The position numbers were made by a program, and so were the translations under genes. Below are positions 8,368 through 18,491 of a DNA stretch of 64,000 nucleotides, in pieces. How positions within the stretch are numbered: position 1 is the stretch's first letter; every line of letters starts with the position of its first letter. The stretch lies in the NCBI GenBank assembly GCA_965203175.1, contig OZ241867.1, forward strand, positions 5,056,001 to 5,120,000, read 5' to 3'. Below the pieces are notes generated by a model. That model made no database searches. It had not been told where the DNA came from and was given only the letters and a program-made list of their open reading frames with translations. Source of the DNA: Candidatus Latescibacterota bacterium. Its GTDB lineage: Bacteria; Latescibacterota; UBA2968; UBA8231.

Positions 8368-9399
8368 GTGAAGCATCTGACCGCAGCACTCGTCTTGGGG
8401 CTGGCCGGCCTCTTTATCGCCCCCTATCCCGCCGTAGCGCAATCCCCGGAGACAATCGCCAGCGAGGTGGTGGATCGGGAAACCCTGCAGGCTTTTGTCG
8501 AAGGCGCAAAAGCACAGTTGGAATCTATTACTGATCCCAACGACATCTCGCCATTTATTACCAGTCTTGGTACTGAGGGCGATTTCAAGCACGGGAACAC
8601 ATACCTCATCCTATTATACCCACATGGCACGGTGTATTTTCACGCCGGCGATGCGTACGCACAGGGCATAAACCTGCTCGACATGGAAGACGACCGAGGC
8701 AATAATGTTGTACATGCCCTCATCGAAGCCGCGAATGCCGGCGGCGGTTTTGTCGAGTATTATTGGGACGATCCCGCCCAAGAGGGCGACGAGGACACCC
8801 CCAAAATCGCCTACATCACCAACTTCGCCGACGGCATAATCGAACATCCGATAGCCCTAATCGGCGGCTATCATCAGGCTATCGCTCCTATTCCCCAAGT
8901 TACAGCCGCCGATGTGGTAGGTCGGGAGACGCTCAAGGCTTTTGTGCAGGGGACCTTAGAGAGCTATCTCACTGCCATGGAACAAATCGGGCTCGAACAG
9001 CTCCTGCAACATCAGGAAATCTTCAGGAAAGAAGGCGGTCCCTGGAGGCAAGGCTCTATCTACTTCTTTTTGTTCTCCACGGACGGTTACGTGTTATTTC
9101 ACGGTGTCGATCGGTCGCTAGAGTTCAATAAGAGCGACCTCGATAAGACGGATGTAAACGGAGTTAAGTACCTCCGGGAACTTATCAGAGTCTCCAAGGC
9201 GGGCGGCGGTTTTGTTGAGTATTACTGGGACGATCCGACGGTGATCGGCGACGAAGACACTAGCTCGCCCAAAGTGAGCTACGCTGAGCTCTTTACGTTC
9301 CGAGATCAGGAGTATGTCATTGGTGCCGGGTTCTATACGGGATCCGCTTCTACGGCGGTTGAAGGACGGTCCTGGGGACAGCTCAAAAGTCGCTTTTAG
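8368..9399 (+). CDS. Secreted tandem Cache_2-type domain protein with TAVEGRSWGQLKSRF tail
   Basis: GTG start after AAGGA (matches paralog N-termini), signal peptide and two Cache repeats. Confidence 0.8.
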   Translation: MKHLTAALVLGLAGLFIAPYPAVAQSPETIASEVVDRETLQAFVEGAKAQLESITDPNDISPFITSLGTEGDFKHGNTYLILLYPHGTVYFHAGDAYAQGINLLDMEDDRGNNVVHALIEAANAGGGFVEYYWDDPAQEGDEDTPKIAYITNFADGIIEHPIALIGGYHQAIAPIPQVTAADVVGRETLKAFVQGTLESYLTAMEQIGLEQLLQHQEIFRKEGGPWRQGSIYFFLFSTDGYVLFHGVDRSLEFNKSDLDKTDVNGVKYLRELIRVSKAGGGFVEYYWDDPTVIGDEDTSSPKVSYAELFTFRDQEYVIGAGFYTGSASTAVEGRSWGQLKSRF

Positions 9400-9524
9400 C
9401 TAGTAGGACACGCACTACACGAAATACGCCTTTTGCAGGTGGGCTTGTCTGATAGATTTTTTGCAGGGTCAGGTGTATCTTATTCCATATCATTCACATT
9501 CTCACCAAAAGAAAGGAAATCGTC

Positions 9525-10094
9525 ATGAAGTGTCTGCCAGCAGTACTCATTCTGGCACTGGCCACCCTCCTTCCCGCCGCGCATCCCGCCATCGCCCAAG
9601 ACCCGGAGGTAACGGCCGCCGATGTAGTGGACCGAGAAACCCTAAAGGCCTTTGTTCTCGCAGCGGCGGCGCACGCGGATAAAGCCACGAGCCTTGCCGA
9701 GTACCTAGCTGTCTTGCAGGAATTCAGAACCGAAGGACCTTGGAAGCAGGGGTCCATCTACCTCTTTGTTTTTACCACGGATGGCACCTTTCTACTCCAC
9801 GGAGATAATCCAGCTCTCGAGGGCCAAAACATGATCGACCTCGAAGACGCCAACGGAGTCAAAATTCTCCAAGAGCTCATCGCCGTGGCGGCTGAGGGAG
9901 GCGGCTACGTCGAGTATCTTTGGCCCGATCCAGCGGTAGAAGGGGACGAAGAAACCGGCTCGCCTAAAGTGAGCTACGGCATCCCCTATTCCGCCCTCGG
10001 TCAAGATTTCGTCTTGGGCTCTGGCTTTTATCCGGGAACCGCTGCTACGGCGGTTGAGGACCAGTCCTGGGGACAGCTCAAAAGTCGCTTTTAG
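9525..10094 (+). CDS. Secreted single Cache_2-type domain protein with TAVEDQSWGQLKSRF tail
   Basis: Signal peptide MKCLPAVLILALATLLPAAHPAIA and one Cache repeat (GGGYVEYLWPDP...PKVSY). Confidence 0.8.
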   Translation: MKCLPAVLILALATLLPAAHPAIAQDPEVTAADVVDRETLKAFVLAAAAHADKATSLAEYLAVLQEFRTEGPWKQGSIYLFVFTTDGTFLLHGDNPALEGQNMIDLEDANGVKILQELIAVAAEGGGYVEYLWPDPAVEGDEETGSPKVSYGIPYSALGQDFVLGSGFYPGTAATAVEDQSWGQLKSRF

Positions 10095-10130
10095 ACGCGA
10101 TCGCACTTGAACGAGCGATAAGCAACTGAA

Positions 10131-10161
10131 TGGGGGGCATCCGGCCTGCGGATAGCCCCCC
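10131..10161. terminator. Hairpin between convergent genes
   Basis: TGGGGGGCATCCG-GCCTG-CGGATAGCCCCCA imperfect GC-rich stem located between the stops at 10094 (+) and 10206 (-). Confidence 0.5.
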
Positions 10162-10205
10162 AATATTTGTTGTGAGATAGTGCGCCCCGGACTTCTAAAC
10201 GACAT

Positions 10206-12149
10206 TCAATAGTAGACTAGGATATTGCCCTGCATACCAGTGATACCATCAATCGCAAACCAGAGTCCACCCGCGGTTACATTGCCCAAGATCAACCCTA
10301 GGAAAAACGGCTGGAGCCGCTGATACAAACTCGGCCCCCCGTACTTCAACACCACATTCTTGAGCGCCCACACCAGGAAAATACTCAGCCAGATCTGACT
10401 GGCTACGGCCGTCGTAGCAATGGGAAAGCCGACCGGGTGCAGAGGCCACCACAACAGGAAGTGCCGCGCCACCATCAGCCCCACCATGATGATTGCGCCC
10501 ACCAGCATGTAGAACCACCCTTCCCAGTTCACAGTCGTCGGATTGTCGATCCAGCCAGCCACGTCCCCGAAGGGATTTTGCGCCCCCACAAAAAAATACT
10601 GGTTGAGGTTGATGCCACCGTACGTGTAGGCTTGGTGCAGTAAAAACCAGTTCGATGCCAGCAGACTAATCACCAGCGATAAAGCCAAAGCCCAAAACAG
10701 CCGACGCCGATTCAGTCCCCCACTGTGGAGCTCGCCGTCAATTTTCAGCACATTGGCGCACGCGGCCATGGCGAATATGCGCACCTTCAAAATCCAGCCG
10801 TACGTCATCCCCAAGGCGACTAAACCCTCCGACCCAATCGCCGTCGTCCCCACAGTCGAAGTCATGAGCGGCTGGGGATAAATGGGAGCGCGAATGGTTG
10901 CCAACCCAGCTTCGGCGACAAAGCGAGTCAACCCCACAAAGAGCACGAACGCCACGAACAAGAACCAAAATACCAGCCAGCCCGGCAGCCCAGAGCGCTC
11001 GAGCCACACGCCCAGTACCACCATGCCAACCAAAGTGCCGAACACGGCCGTGCGATACGAGAGCATCTCCGTGGAGTCGTCCACCGTTGGATCGCCCCGA
11101 AAGGCTTTGCGACACACCGCTCGCAAATGGTCTCGGGCCACCCACAGGCTGAAGAGCACAAAGGCGATCAATGCCCCCATGCCCTCGTGCGCCGGGATCG
11201 CGGCTGACGTGCTATAGCCGGTCATCCGCTCAGTCATAGCAATCCCCAGAACCCCAAAAGCGCCCTGCTGTACTGTCAGCAGCAAAAAGAAAACCCAGAT
11301 TCCCAAAAGCACCTGTAAATTGACGAAATAGGCAAAGCCCAGGCTCATAAAACTGAGGCCGATGGGTAGAACTAAGGTATTGCGAAAGAGGGGCAGACTG
11401 GTCTCCAAGGCGATTGCGGGGATGTAATTGTAGTAGCTGTGCAAGGCGTTCAAACTCAAAACGACGAACGGGAGCGAAAAACCCAACCACATCAGCGGAC
11501 GCCGAAAAAACGGCCCCCAAAGTCTTTTGCCCTCCCCTTCTGCAATCATCTCCAACGGCAGTTTCACCAGCGGATAGACCAAGCGTTCGTGCTCGACCCA
11601 CTGCCGGCGCAACACCACCATCATGCACAGCATCACGAAACACAGCACTAAAAAGAAAAAACCCCAATAACTTAGCGGTTGTATCCATACTCCCCAGGGA
11701 ATGGGCTCGCCCAGCGGCAGGCCCTCAAAAAAATGGCGCACGGCCTCCTCGTCCTGGGGCGCGATCCACTCTTTGAGATGCGGATGGATCAGCTCGGCCC
11801 ACTCGTTTTCCGGCGTGGCGTAGTACAGCACGCTGGCGATCTTGGGGACCATGTGCTCGACGTACCCTTCTGTCGGCACGGTGGCCGCCATCATCGTCAT
11901 GATGAATACCACCCCTAGCTCTGCCCGGCTTAAACCCAACCGATGATAAAGTCTGGAGAGCAAAGGATGGAGGATGGCGACGAAGAGGAAAAAGACGAAT
12001 AAGGCGATGGGCACGCTGATGTTGAGAGCCATCCACGAGGCGTTGATAAAGGTACTGTGCAAGGCCCCCAAGCTGGTGACCAGCGACAATGTGCACCCCC
12101 AAACCACAGCCTTCGCCGTCAAACCCGAGGCTTGAGGCGGTGTCTGCAT
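10206..12149 (-). CDS. Large multi-pass inner-membrane protein (DUF6785-like putative transporter), paralog A
   Basis: Many hydrophobic helices, with motifs LRRQWVEHERLVYPLVKLP and WWPLHPVGF. The start is moved to MQTPPQ (12149) to avoid overlap with the upstream gene. Highly similar to 20482..22443. Confidence 0.7.
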   Translation of the reverse strand: MQTPPQASGLTAKAVVWGCTLSLVTSLGALHSTFINASWMALNISVPIALFVFFLFVAILHPLLSRLYHRLGLSRAELGVVFIMTMMAATVPTEGYVEHMVPKIASVLYYATPENEWAELIHPHLKEWIAPQDEEAVRHFFEGLPLGEPIPWGVWIQPLSYWGFFFLVLCFVMLCMMVVLRRQWVEHERLVYPLVKLPLEMIAEGEGKRLWGPFFRRPLMWLGFSLPFVVLSLNALHSYYNYIPAIALETSLPLFRNTLVLPIGLSFMSLGFAYFVNLQVLLGIWVFFLLLTVQQGAFGVLGIAMTERMTGYSTSAAIPAHEGMGALIAFVLFSLWVARDHLRAVCRKAFRGDPTVDDSTEMLSYRTAVFGTLVGMVVLGVWLERSGLPGWLVFWFLFVAFVLFVGLTRFVAEAGLATIRAPIYPQPLMTSTVGTTAIGSEGLVALGMTYGWILKVRIFAMAACANVLKIDGELHSGGLNRRRLFWALALSLVISLLASNWFLLHQAYTYGGINLNQYFFVGAQNPFGDVAGWIDNPTTVNWEGWFYMLVGAIIMVGLMVARHFLLWWPLHPVGFPIATTAVASQIWLSIFLVWALKNVVLKYGGPSLYQRLQPFFLGLILGNVTAGGLWFAIDGITGMQGNILVYY

Positions 12150-12169
12150 TGTTCCCTGGGCCGCTGTAC

Positions 12170-13957
12170 TCAACGTTCCCGCCTCTCTTTGATCGACAGA
12201 ACCTGATTGACGGGGACATCTTCGATGCGCTGGACCGTCCCACTGGTCCAACGCACTTCGACCAAATCGACGCGCTGCTTGGTACCCAGCCCGAAGTGCA
12301 GTCGCGGATCGCTGATCGACAGATAGCTAGAGCCGCTGCGCACCTGCCGCACCTGGACCAAGTCGCCGGCGACCACTTTCACTTGGGCACCCACGCCGTC
12401 TCGATTGCTGCGGGTGCCTTCGGTCCGCACCATCAACCAGTTGTGCGCATTGCCTCCCTCATTGCGGACTAGTTTGGCCGGACCGCCGCCATTGGTCGCC
12501 AGGATATCGATATCCCCATCCTCGTCGTAGTCGCCAAAAGCCGTACCCCTACCAACCTGTGCGACGGCGAACCAAGGGCCCGAGCTAGTGTCCGCCAAAG
12601 CGAAGTGCCCCCTTCCATCGTTGAGAAAAAGCTGGTGCTCTTGGGCGTATTCCACGCCGGACTGGAACAGGGCGATCTTGTCGAGGACATGGCCATTGGC
12701 CACGTATAGGTCGAGATCGCCATCGTTGTCGTAGTCGAGGAAATTCGTGCCAAAGCCCAGAAAACGCCAACTTGGCCGCCCCAAGCCGACGGCCTCTGTC
12801 ACATCTTTGAAGCGACCTCCGTCGTTGCGGTAGAGCGTGTTGGTCTCGTGGGAGAAGTTGGTGACAAAGAGGTCGTAGTCGCCGTCGTTGTCGTAGTCGC
12901 CAAAGTCCACCCCCATGCAGGCTTCGTCGTCACCGTCGGCATTAAAGGCCGCGCCCACCTGCAGCGCGACATCGGTAAAGGTGCCGTCGCCATCGTTGCG
13001 GAAGAGATAGTTCTCCATACCGTCGTTGGCGACAAATACATCCTGGTCGCCATCGTCATCAAAGTCCCAAGCTACCACGCCCAGACCTTTACCGGCCAAA
13101 TCCGCAATGCCGGTTACGGCGGATACATCGGTAAAAGTGCCGTCGCCGTTGTTGTGGAAGAGCGCGTCGGGTACGCCTCCATAGTCGGAAGGCGCACAGT
13201 ACGAACGGGTGCGCTCGGTGATGGCCAATAACCCCAAAGGAGTCGTCCCCACAAAGCCGCCGCACACTTTATTAGTGGCGAACGTGAAATCGACGTTGTT
13301 GACCACGTACAGGTCGAGGTACCCATCGTCATCGTAGTCGAAAAAGGCCACACTCGAACTCCACTGCGGAGCCGCTACCCCAGCCCGATCCGTCACATTG
13401 GTAAAAGTACCGTCCCCTTCGTTGCGATACAGGACATTAGGGCCGTAGTTAGTCACGTACAGATCCTGGTCGCCGTCATTGTCGTAGTCGGCCACCGCGC
13501 AGCCCATGCCATAGCCCGTATCGTCGGCTCCGGATTCTCGGCTGATATCGGTGAAGGTGCCGTCGCCATCGTTGCGGTACAACACATTGGCAGCACGCCG
13601 ACCGCCGGCGTCGTCTAGCATTGAGAAGTCGATGGCTCCCGGCCCCGCGGATCTCACTTGGTCCGGTCGCTCGACCCAATAGGTCCCTCCCCGCCGGTGG
13701 TCGAGATTGATGGGCGCAGTTTGGATATCACCCAGATCAAAGCCATTGACGAGGTAAATATCCAAATCGCCGTCGCCATCGCTGTCGAAAAATCCTCCGC
13801 CAGCGCCGTACGTCTCGATCAAGAAATACGCCCCTGAAGCGCCGTCGATGTGGACAAAGTCGATCCCGGCCTGGGCGGTGACATCCCTAAAGAGCACGGG
13901 CGGTGGGGCTGTATCGCACCCTATGCACAGGCAAAGACCAACTAAAAGCGGTTTCAT
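12170..13957 (-). CDS. CRTAC1-family FG-GAP/VCBS-repeat + ASPIC/UnbV lipoprotein
   Basis: Lipobox-like LCIGC, repeated D(Y/F)DNDGD.DLYV and YRN.GDGTFTD, C-terminal GSSYLS..DPRLHFGLG...VRW.SG. Confidence 0.85.
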   Translation of the reverse strand: MKPLLVGLCLCIGCDTAPPPVLFRDVTAQAGIDFVHIDGASGAYFLIETYGAGGGFFDSDGDGDLDIYLVNGFDLGDIQTAPINLDHRRGGTYWVERPDQVRSAGPGAIDFSMLDDAGGRRAANVLYRNDGDGTFTDISRESGADDTGYGMGCAVADYDNDGDQDLYVTNYGPNVLYRNEGDGTFTNVTDRAGVAAPQWSSSVAFFDYDDDGYLDLYVVNNVDFTFATNKVCGGFVGTTPLGLLAITERTRSYCAPSDYGGVPDALFHNNGDGTFTDVSAVTGIADLAGKGLGVVAWDFDDDGDQDVFVANDGMENYLFRNDGDGTFTDVALQVGAAFNADGDDEACMGVDFGDYDNDGDYDLFVTNFSHETNTLYRNDGGRFKDVTEAVGLGRPSWRFLGFGTNFLDYDNDGDLDLYVANGHVLDKIALFQSGVEYAQEHQLFLNDGRGHFALADTSSGPWFAVAQVGRGTAFGDYDEDGDIDILATNGGGPAKLVRNEGGNAHNWLMVRTEGTRSNRDGVGAQVKVVAGDLVQVRQVRSGSSYLSISDPRLHFGLGTKQRVDLVEVRWTSGTVQRIEDVPVNQVLSIKERRER

Positions 13958-13980
13958 AGTTTCCGCTCATCGCCCGGGCA

Positions 13981-15291
13981 TCAAAACGACTCTGCGATCG
14001 ACTTTACCGAACCGTAGGCTCCCCACAGTCCCAGGGCGAACAACACGCCCATGAGGACGTTCTCCCACAGGCGATTCTTGTACTCTGCGCCGATGTACTC
14101 CGCCTTGGCGGTAATCCACCACAAGCCGCCCACGAGCAGCGGGATCAATACCACTAAGGCGGTGGCGGCGAAGACGGTCATGACGACAAAGCCCGGCATA
14201 CCGGGGGCAGTCCAGACGACCGGGGAAATCAGGCACCAGACTACGACCCACCGGTAACTCGGATGCGCTTGGTACGCCTGCAACTGGACCTCTGGACCGG
14301 CTCGCCAGCGCTGGTACCCGTGGGAACACAGGGCACCAAAACCAAGAGCTTGACCCACTAGGCCTGTGTAGAGGACGGCAAAGAGACCCAAATAGAACAA
14401 TAAACGGCCGCCCTCTCCGAGAATCGTGCTCAGCAGCCGGGGCAGATCCTCCATCTCTGCGATGGTCAAACCGCGAGGGTGGAGCACTTCGGCACCGAGG
14501 GTCCAGATCGCCAAGTCGAGGACGATAAGGACGACGATTCCCAACAGGAGATCGTAGAACTGCACGCGGCGAAACGCGGGCCCGATCCAGCCCTTTTGTT
14601 CCAAGAAGTAGGGATAGACCAGATTGGCCAGCGATCCGCCGATGGTCCCGATCAGCCCTATGGCTACTAGCAGCGAGCCAAAGGGACCGACCTGTTGGGG
14701 CAGGTCGAAAGCAAAGACGCCCTGCAAAATTTGGGTCGGAGAGGGACCAACCCACAGGGCCGCGCCCAAGAAGGAGACCGAGAGCAAACCCAACAGAACC
14801 TTGAAGAGCAACTCGAGGCGGCCGTACACCGGGCGGAAGACAATCGCCAGCGTCACCAGGTTCCAGAACAGGCCCCACAGCCAAACGTGCCCGATGCCCG
14901 TCACATTGACCGAGATTTCGCCGATCCCCACAATGAGGTACGCGCCCTGGATGTGTCCTATGACGACGCCCATCAGCGCCAAGAAGGGGGGATACCAAGG
15001 ATGCAGACGGCCCAGCCCATCCAAGACTCCCTCGCCCCGCTGGTTGCACAATTGGTACTTGGCAATCAGGGATACGAACAGGAAGCGCACCACCAGCGCC
15101 AGCGCCAGAACCCACATCAGCGCGTACCCGTAGTTGCCACCGGCCACGGCCGACTCGACCACGTCGCCAGCGCCCATCCAGGTCATCGCGATGACTATGC
15201 CCGGCCCAAAAGAGCGCAGGTACTGAAAAAAGGTCCGGGGCACCTGTGGAGCCGGTGCGCCAGTGGTTTCAGAAGAAGGTGATTTGTTCAT
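13981..15291 (-). CDS. NRAMP-like (APC-fold) transporter
   Basis: About 11 TM helices with GPGIV...GAGD...AGGNYGYALMW. Lacks the canonical DPGN metal motif, so the substrate is uncertain. The start could be 15312. Confidence 0.7.
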   Translation of the reverse strand: MNKSPSSETTGAPAPQVPRTFFQYLRSFGPGIVIAMTWMGAGDVVESAVAGGNYGYALMWVLALALVVRFLFVSLIAKYQLCNQRGEGVLDGLGRLHPWYPPFLALMGVVIGHIQGAYLIVGIGEISVNVTGIGHVWLWGLFWNLVTLAIVFRPVYGRLELLFKVLLGLLSVSFLGAALWVGPSPTQILQGVFAFDLPQQVGPFGSLLVAIGLIGTIGGSLANLVYPYFLEQKGWIGPAFRRVQFYDLLLGIVVLIVLDLAIWTLGAEVLHPRGLTIAEMEDLPRLLSTILGEGGRLLFYLGLFAVLYTGLVGQALGFGALCSHGYQRWRAGPEVQLQAYQAHPSYRWVVVWCLISPVVWTAPGMPGFVVMTVFAATALVVLIPLLVGGLWWITAKAEYIGAEYKNRLWENVLMGVLFALGLWGAYGSVKSIAESF

Positions 15292-15368
15292 CGGATTCAC
15301 CTTGAAGTCCACGAGGAAATTCGCTCTGTAACCCGCAGGTAAGCGAGGGGTGCGTAATCGTCCTATGA

Positions 15369-16241
15369 CTACTCTTGGCGCACCAACCGGGCTCCGGTGC
15401 CGGCATTGCGGCTAGTCGGGTCACCACCCGAGCGATTGGCCGACCGCAAGACGTGGCCGTAATTGCCAAAGGCCCCGCCGCGACCGACGCGCAAAAAACC
15501 CTTGGCCGGCCCCTTGGGATCAACCTCGGGCGAATTGCTGTAAGGCTCGTTCGAGTACCAATCCTGGACCCACTCCCACACATTCCCGTGCATGTCGTGC
15601 AGGCCCCATGGATTGGGCAGCTTGGTGCCCACGGCGTGGCCGTAGCGCTCGTCCACCTCCCAAGTGTTGTCCGCGTACCAAGCGTACTTTGGCAAAGCGC
15701 TATCGTCCTCCCCAAAGGACCACGGCGTCGCAGTGCCAGCGCGGCAGGCGTACTCCCACTCCGCGGCCGTGGGCAGGCGGTACACTTCCGCGCCAGCCAT
15801 CCGGTTGAGACGACGTGCGAATTCCTGCACATCTTCCCACGAGATGTACACGGCCGGATGGTGCGGATTTTCCTCGACATGGCTCTTCCCCACCCACGGC
15901 TGCGAGTGCATGACACTGGTCCACTGAGCCTGCGTGATCTCGTATTTCCCTATGTAGAAGCCCCGGCTGATGGTAACCCGGTGCTGCGGGCCTTCGTTCT
16001 GATCTCGTCCGGGTTCGTCGGCGGGCGAACCCATGAGGAAACTACCCCGGCCGATCCACACCATGTCCATGGTCGCACCGCCGGGTAGTTCCACGGCGAT
16101 GGCTTGACCCGTGGGCCGCCGCACCTCTTGGATGTATCCGGTTATTCCGGGCGCAAAAAAATATAAAGCTCCAGCTAGTGCGCCCAAAATCGCCAAGACC
16201 AAGAGGCCAAGCACTCTTCTTGACAGGCGAAAAGTGAGCAT
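15369..16241 (-). CDS. FGE-sulfatase (SUMF1-like) domain protein with N-terminal membrane anchor, probably non-catalytic
   Basis: FLMGS..EGPQH, RLPTAAEWEYACRAG, PNPWGLHDMHGNVWEW and RGGAF are present. The C-terminal CxxxxC catalytic pair is absent. Confidence 0.8.
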   Translation of the reverse strand: MLTFRLSRRVLGLLVLAILGALAGALYFFAPGITGYIQEVRRPTGQAIAVELPGGATMDMVWIGRGSFLMGSPADEPGRDQNEGPQHRVTISRGFYIGKYEITQAQWTSVMHSQPWVGKSHVEENPHHPAVYISWEDVQEFARRLNRMAGAEVYRLPTAAEWEYACRAGTATPWSFGEDDSALPKYAWYADNTWEVDERYGHAVGTKLPNPWGLHDMHGNVWEWVQDWYSNEPYSNSPEVDPKGPAKGFLRVGRGGAFGNYGHVLRSANRSGGDPTSRNAGTGARLVRQE

Positions 16242-16248
16242 CTATATC
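16220..16248 (+). promoter_or_regulatory. Candidate sigma70 promoter giving a leaderless mRNA for 16255..18471
   Basis: TTGACA (16220-16225)-N17-TATATC (16243-16248), with ATG 6 nt downstream and no SD sequence. Confidence 0.45.
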
Positions 16249-16254
16249 TCAGAA

Positions 16255-18471
16255 ATGAATGTCCACCTAGTAAAAGTACGTCTCTACACTGTCGCCACCT
16301 CTATAGTCCTAGCGGCCTGCAATATCTCGTCCTCTCCGCCGCAGCAAGGGCCTGGCACAAAGCGCATGGCCTCCCGCCTCGAAGAAATCGCCCGCAACCT
16401 CAACCCCGCCACAAATACCTACATCAATGATGCAAGAGTCGAGTACTTGCGCCAGCTCGACCTGCCCGCCGACCCGGTTGACAGAATGCGCCTACAGGTG
16501 CATCTGGCGCGCGAATTCCTGCGCGCCGGCCACAGCCAAGAGGCCATCGACCGCTTTGTACACCTAAAACAACAACTCGGCACAACCAAGACCAAACCCA
16601 GCGTGCGCAAACTCCTCGCCCTATCCTATCTCCGCTTAGGCGAACAGGAAAATTGCCTGCAACAGCACACGAGCGAATCGTGCCTCTTTCCCATCGGCCC
16701 GGCCGGGGTGCACCACAACCAGCGGGGAGCACGGGCCGCACTTGAAGAATTCACCGCTATCCTACAGGACGACCCCGGCGAAATGACGGCCCGCTGGCTC
16801 CTCAATATCGCGTACATGGTCCTAGGTGAATATCCCGACTCTGTGCCGTCGCAATGGCTCATTCCCCCAACGGCCTTTGCCTCCGACGGCGACATCGGGC
16901 ACTTTGGCGACGTCGCTTCGCAACTGGGGCTGGACGTGGTATCGCTGGCGGGAGGCAGCATCGTCGAGGACTTTGACCGCGACGGCTATCTGGACATCAT
17001 GGCCTCATCTTGGGGCCTCCGCGATCAACTCCGCTACTTTCGCAACCGGGGCGACGGCACCTTTGACGATATCACCGCAGAGGCCGGCTTGAACGGTGTC
17101 GTCGGCGGCCTGCAAATCGTCCACGCCGACTACGACAACAACGGCTTTGCCGATGTGCTCATCCTGCGCGGGGCCTGGTGGGAAGAAGACGGCCGGCACC
17201 CCAACTCGCTGCTGCACAACTACGGCAACCGCTTTTTCGACGATGTCACCGAAGAAGCCGGCTTGCTCGCCTTTCATCCCACCCAGACGGCTGCCTGGGG
17301 CGACTACGACAACGACGGCTGGGTCGATCTGTACATTGGCAACGAATCTTTTCGCCATAATATTCACCCCTGCCAACTCTTTCACAACCAAGCCGACGGC
17401 ACGTTCGCCGATGTGGCGCAAGAAGCAGGCGTTGCGGTCTCGGGTTACGTCAAGGGCGTCGTCTGGGGCGACTACAACAACGACGGCCAACTCGACCTGT
17501 ACATTTCGCGGCTCACCGCTCCCAATCTCCTCTTCAGGAACGAGGGCGAAAATACATCCGGCCAGTGGACCTTTGCCGACGCGACCGCCCAAGCCGGGGT
17601 AGCTGAACCCGTCTGGAGCTTTCCGACTTGGTTTTGGGACTACGACAACGATGGCTGGCTCGACCTATTCGTCTCCGGGTATCACGCCAATGCCGGTGAT
17701 ATAGCGGCTGAATACTTAGGTCTGCCCCACGGTGCCGAGTATCCCCGCCTGTACCACAACCAAGCCGACGGCACGTTCGCCGATATGACCCTCCAAGTCG
17801 GGCTCGACAAGGTACTCTACACTATGGGGTGCAATTTCGGCGACCTCGACAACGACGGCTGGCCCGACTTTTACGCGGGTACGGGTTCACCTTCGTTCCG
17901 CTCGATCATGCCCAATCGCATGTTCCGCAACGCCGAGGGCCAATCGTTCCAAGAAGTCACTACCTCGGGTGGGTTCGGACACCTGCAGAAAGGCCACGGC
18001 GTGGCCTTTGGCGATCTCGACAACGACGGCGATCAGGACATCTACGCGGTCATAGGAGGCTCCTATACCGGGGATCTGTCCCACAATGTCCTCTTTGAGA
18101 ATCCCGGACACGGCAACCACTGGCTCACCCTCCAATTGGAAGGCGTGCGCTCCAACCGCGCCGCTATTGGGACCCACATCCAAGTCGGGGTACACACCGC
18201 AAGCGGCCGTCGCGACATCTATGCCACAGTGACGGCCGGAGCCAGTTTTGGCGGTTCGAGCTTACAGCAGGAAATTGGCCTAGGCCAGGCGATGGCCATC
18301 GAGTCAGTCGCAGTCACCTGGCCGGCTTCTGGCGAGACGCAGCTTTTCACCGGCTTGGCCATGGATCGGGCCTATAAAATCCGCGAAGGGGATCCGGTCC
18401 CAACCCCCGTCGAACTGCAAGCCTTTGACCTGTCGCCCGCTGGCCGAACCGGGCGCGCTCACCATCCTTAA
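16255..18471 (+). CDS. CRTAC1-family FG-GAP/ASPIC lipoprotein with helical N-terminal region
   Basis: A start at MNVHLVK gives lipobox VLAAC. Contains YLRLGEQENC...SCLFPI, many DYDNDG repeats, GHLQKGHGV and SFGGSSLQQEIGLG. Confidence 0.8.
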   Translation: MNVHLVKVRLYTVATSIVLAACNISSSPPQQGPGTKRMASRLEEIARNLNPATNTYINDARVEYLRQLDLPADPVDRMRLQVHLAREFLRAGHSQEAIDRFVHLKQQLGTTKTKPSVRKLLALSYLRLGEQENCLQQHTSESCLFPIGPAGVHHNQRGARAALEEFTAILQDDPGEMTARWLLNIAYMVLGEYPDSVPSQWLIPPTAFASDGDIGHFGDVASQLGLDVVSLAGGSIVEDFDRDGYLDIMASSWGLRDQLRYFRNRGDGTFDDITAEAGLNGVVGGLQIVHADYDNNGFADVLILRGAWWEEDGRHPNSLLHNYGNRFFDDVTEEAGLLAFHPTQTAAWGDYDNDGWVDLYIGNESFRHNIHPCQLFHNQADGTFADVAQEAGVAVSGYVKGVVWGDYNNDGQLDLYISRLTAPNLLFRNEGENTSGQWTFADATAQAGVAEPVWSFPTWFWDYDNDGWLDLFVSGYHANAGDIAAEYLGLPHGAEYPRLYHNQADGTFADMTLQVGLDKVLYTMGCNFGDLDNDGWPDFYAGTGSPSFRSIMPNRMFRNAEGQSFQEVTTSGGFGHLQKGHGVAFGDLDNDGDQDIYAVIGGSYTGDLSHNVLFENPGHGNHWLTLQLEGVRSNRAAIGTHIQVGVHTASGRRDIYATVTAGASFGGSSLQQEIGLGQAMAIESVAVTWPASGETQLFTGLAMDRAYKIREGDPVPTPVELQAFDLSPAGRTGRAHHP

Positions 18472-18491
18472 AGAGGAGGACAGATATTCTC

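Noticed and set aside
15369-15500. FGE-fold C-terminus as a DGR variable region or an active formylglycine-generating enzyme
   Set aside because: No matching template repeat was seen, and the catalytic Cys pair is absent.
12170-18471. Recurring GACTACGACAACGACGGC-type DNA repeats as a CRISPR or non-coding array
   Set aside because: They are in-frame FG-GAP repeats (DYDNDG) with irregular spacing inside CDSs.
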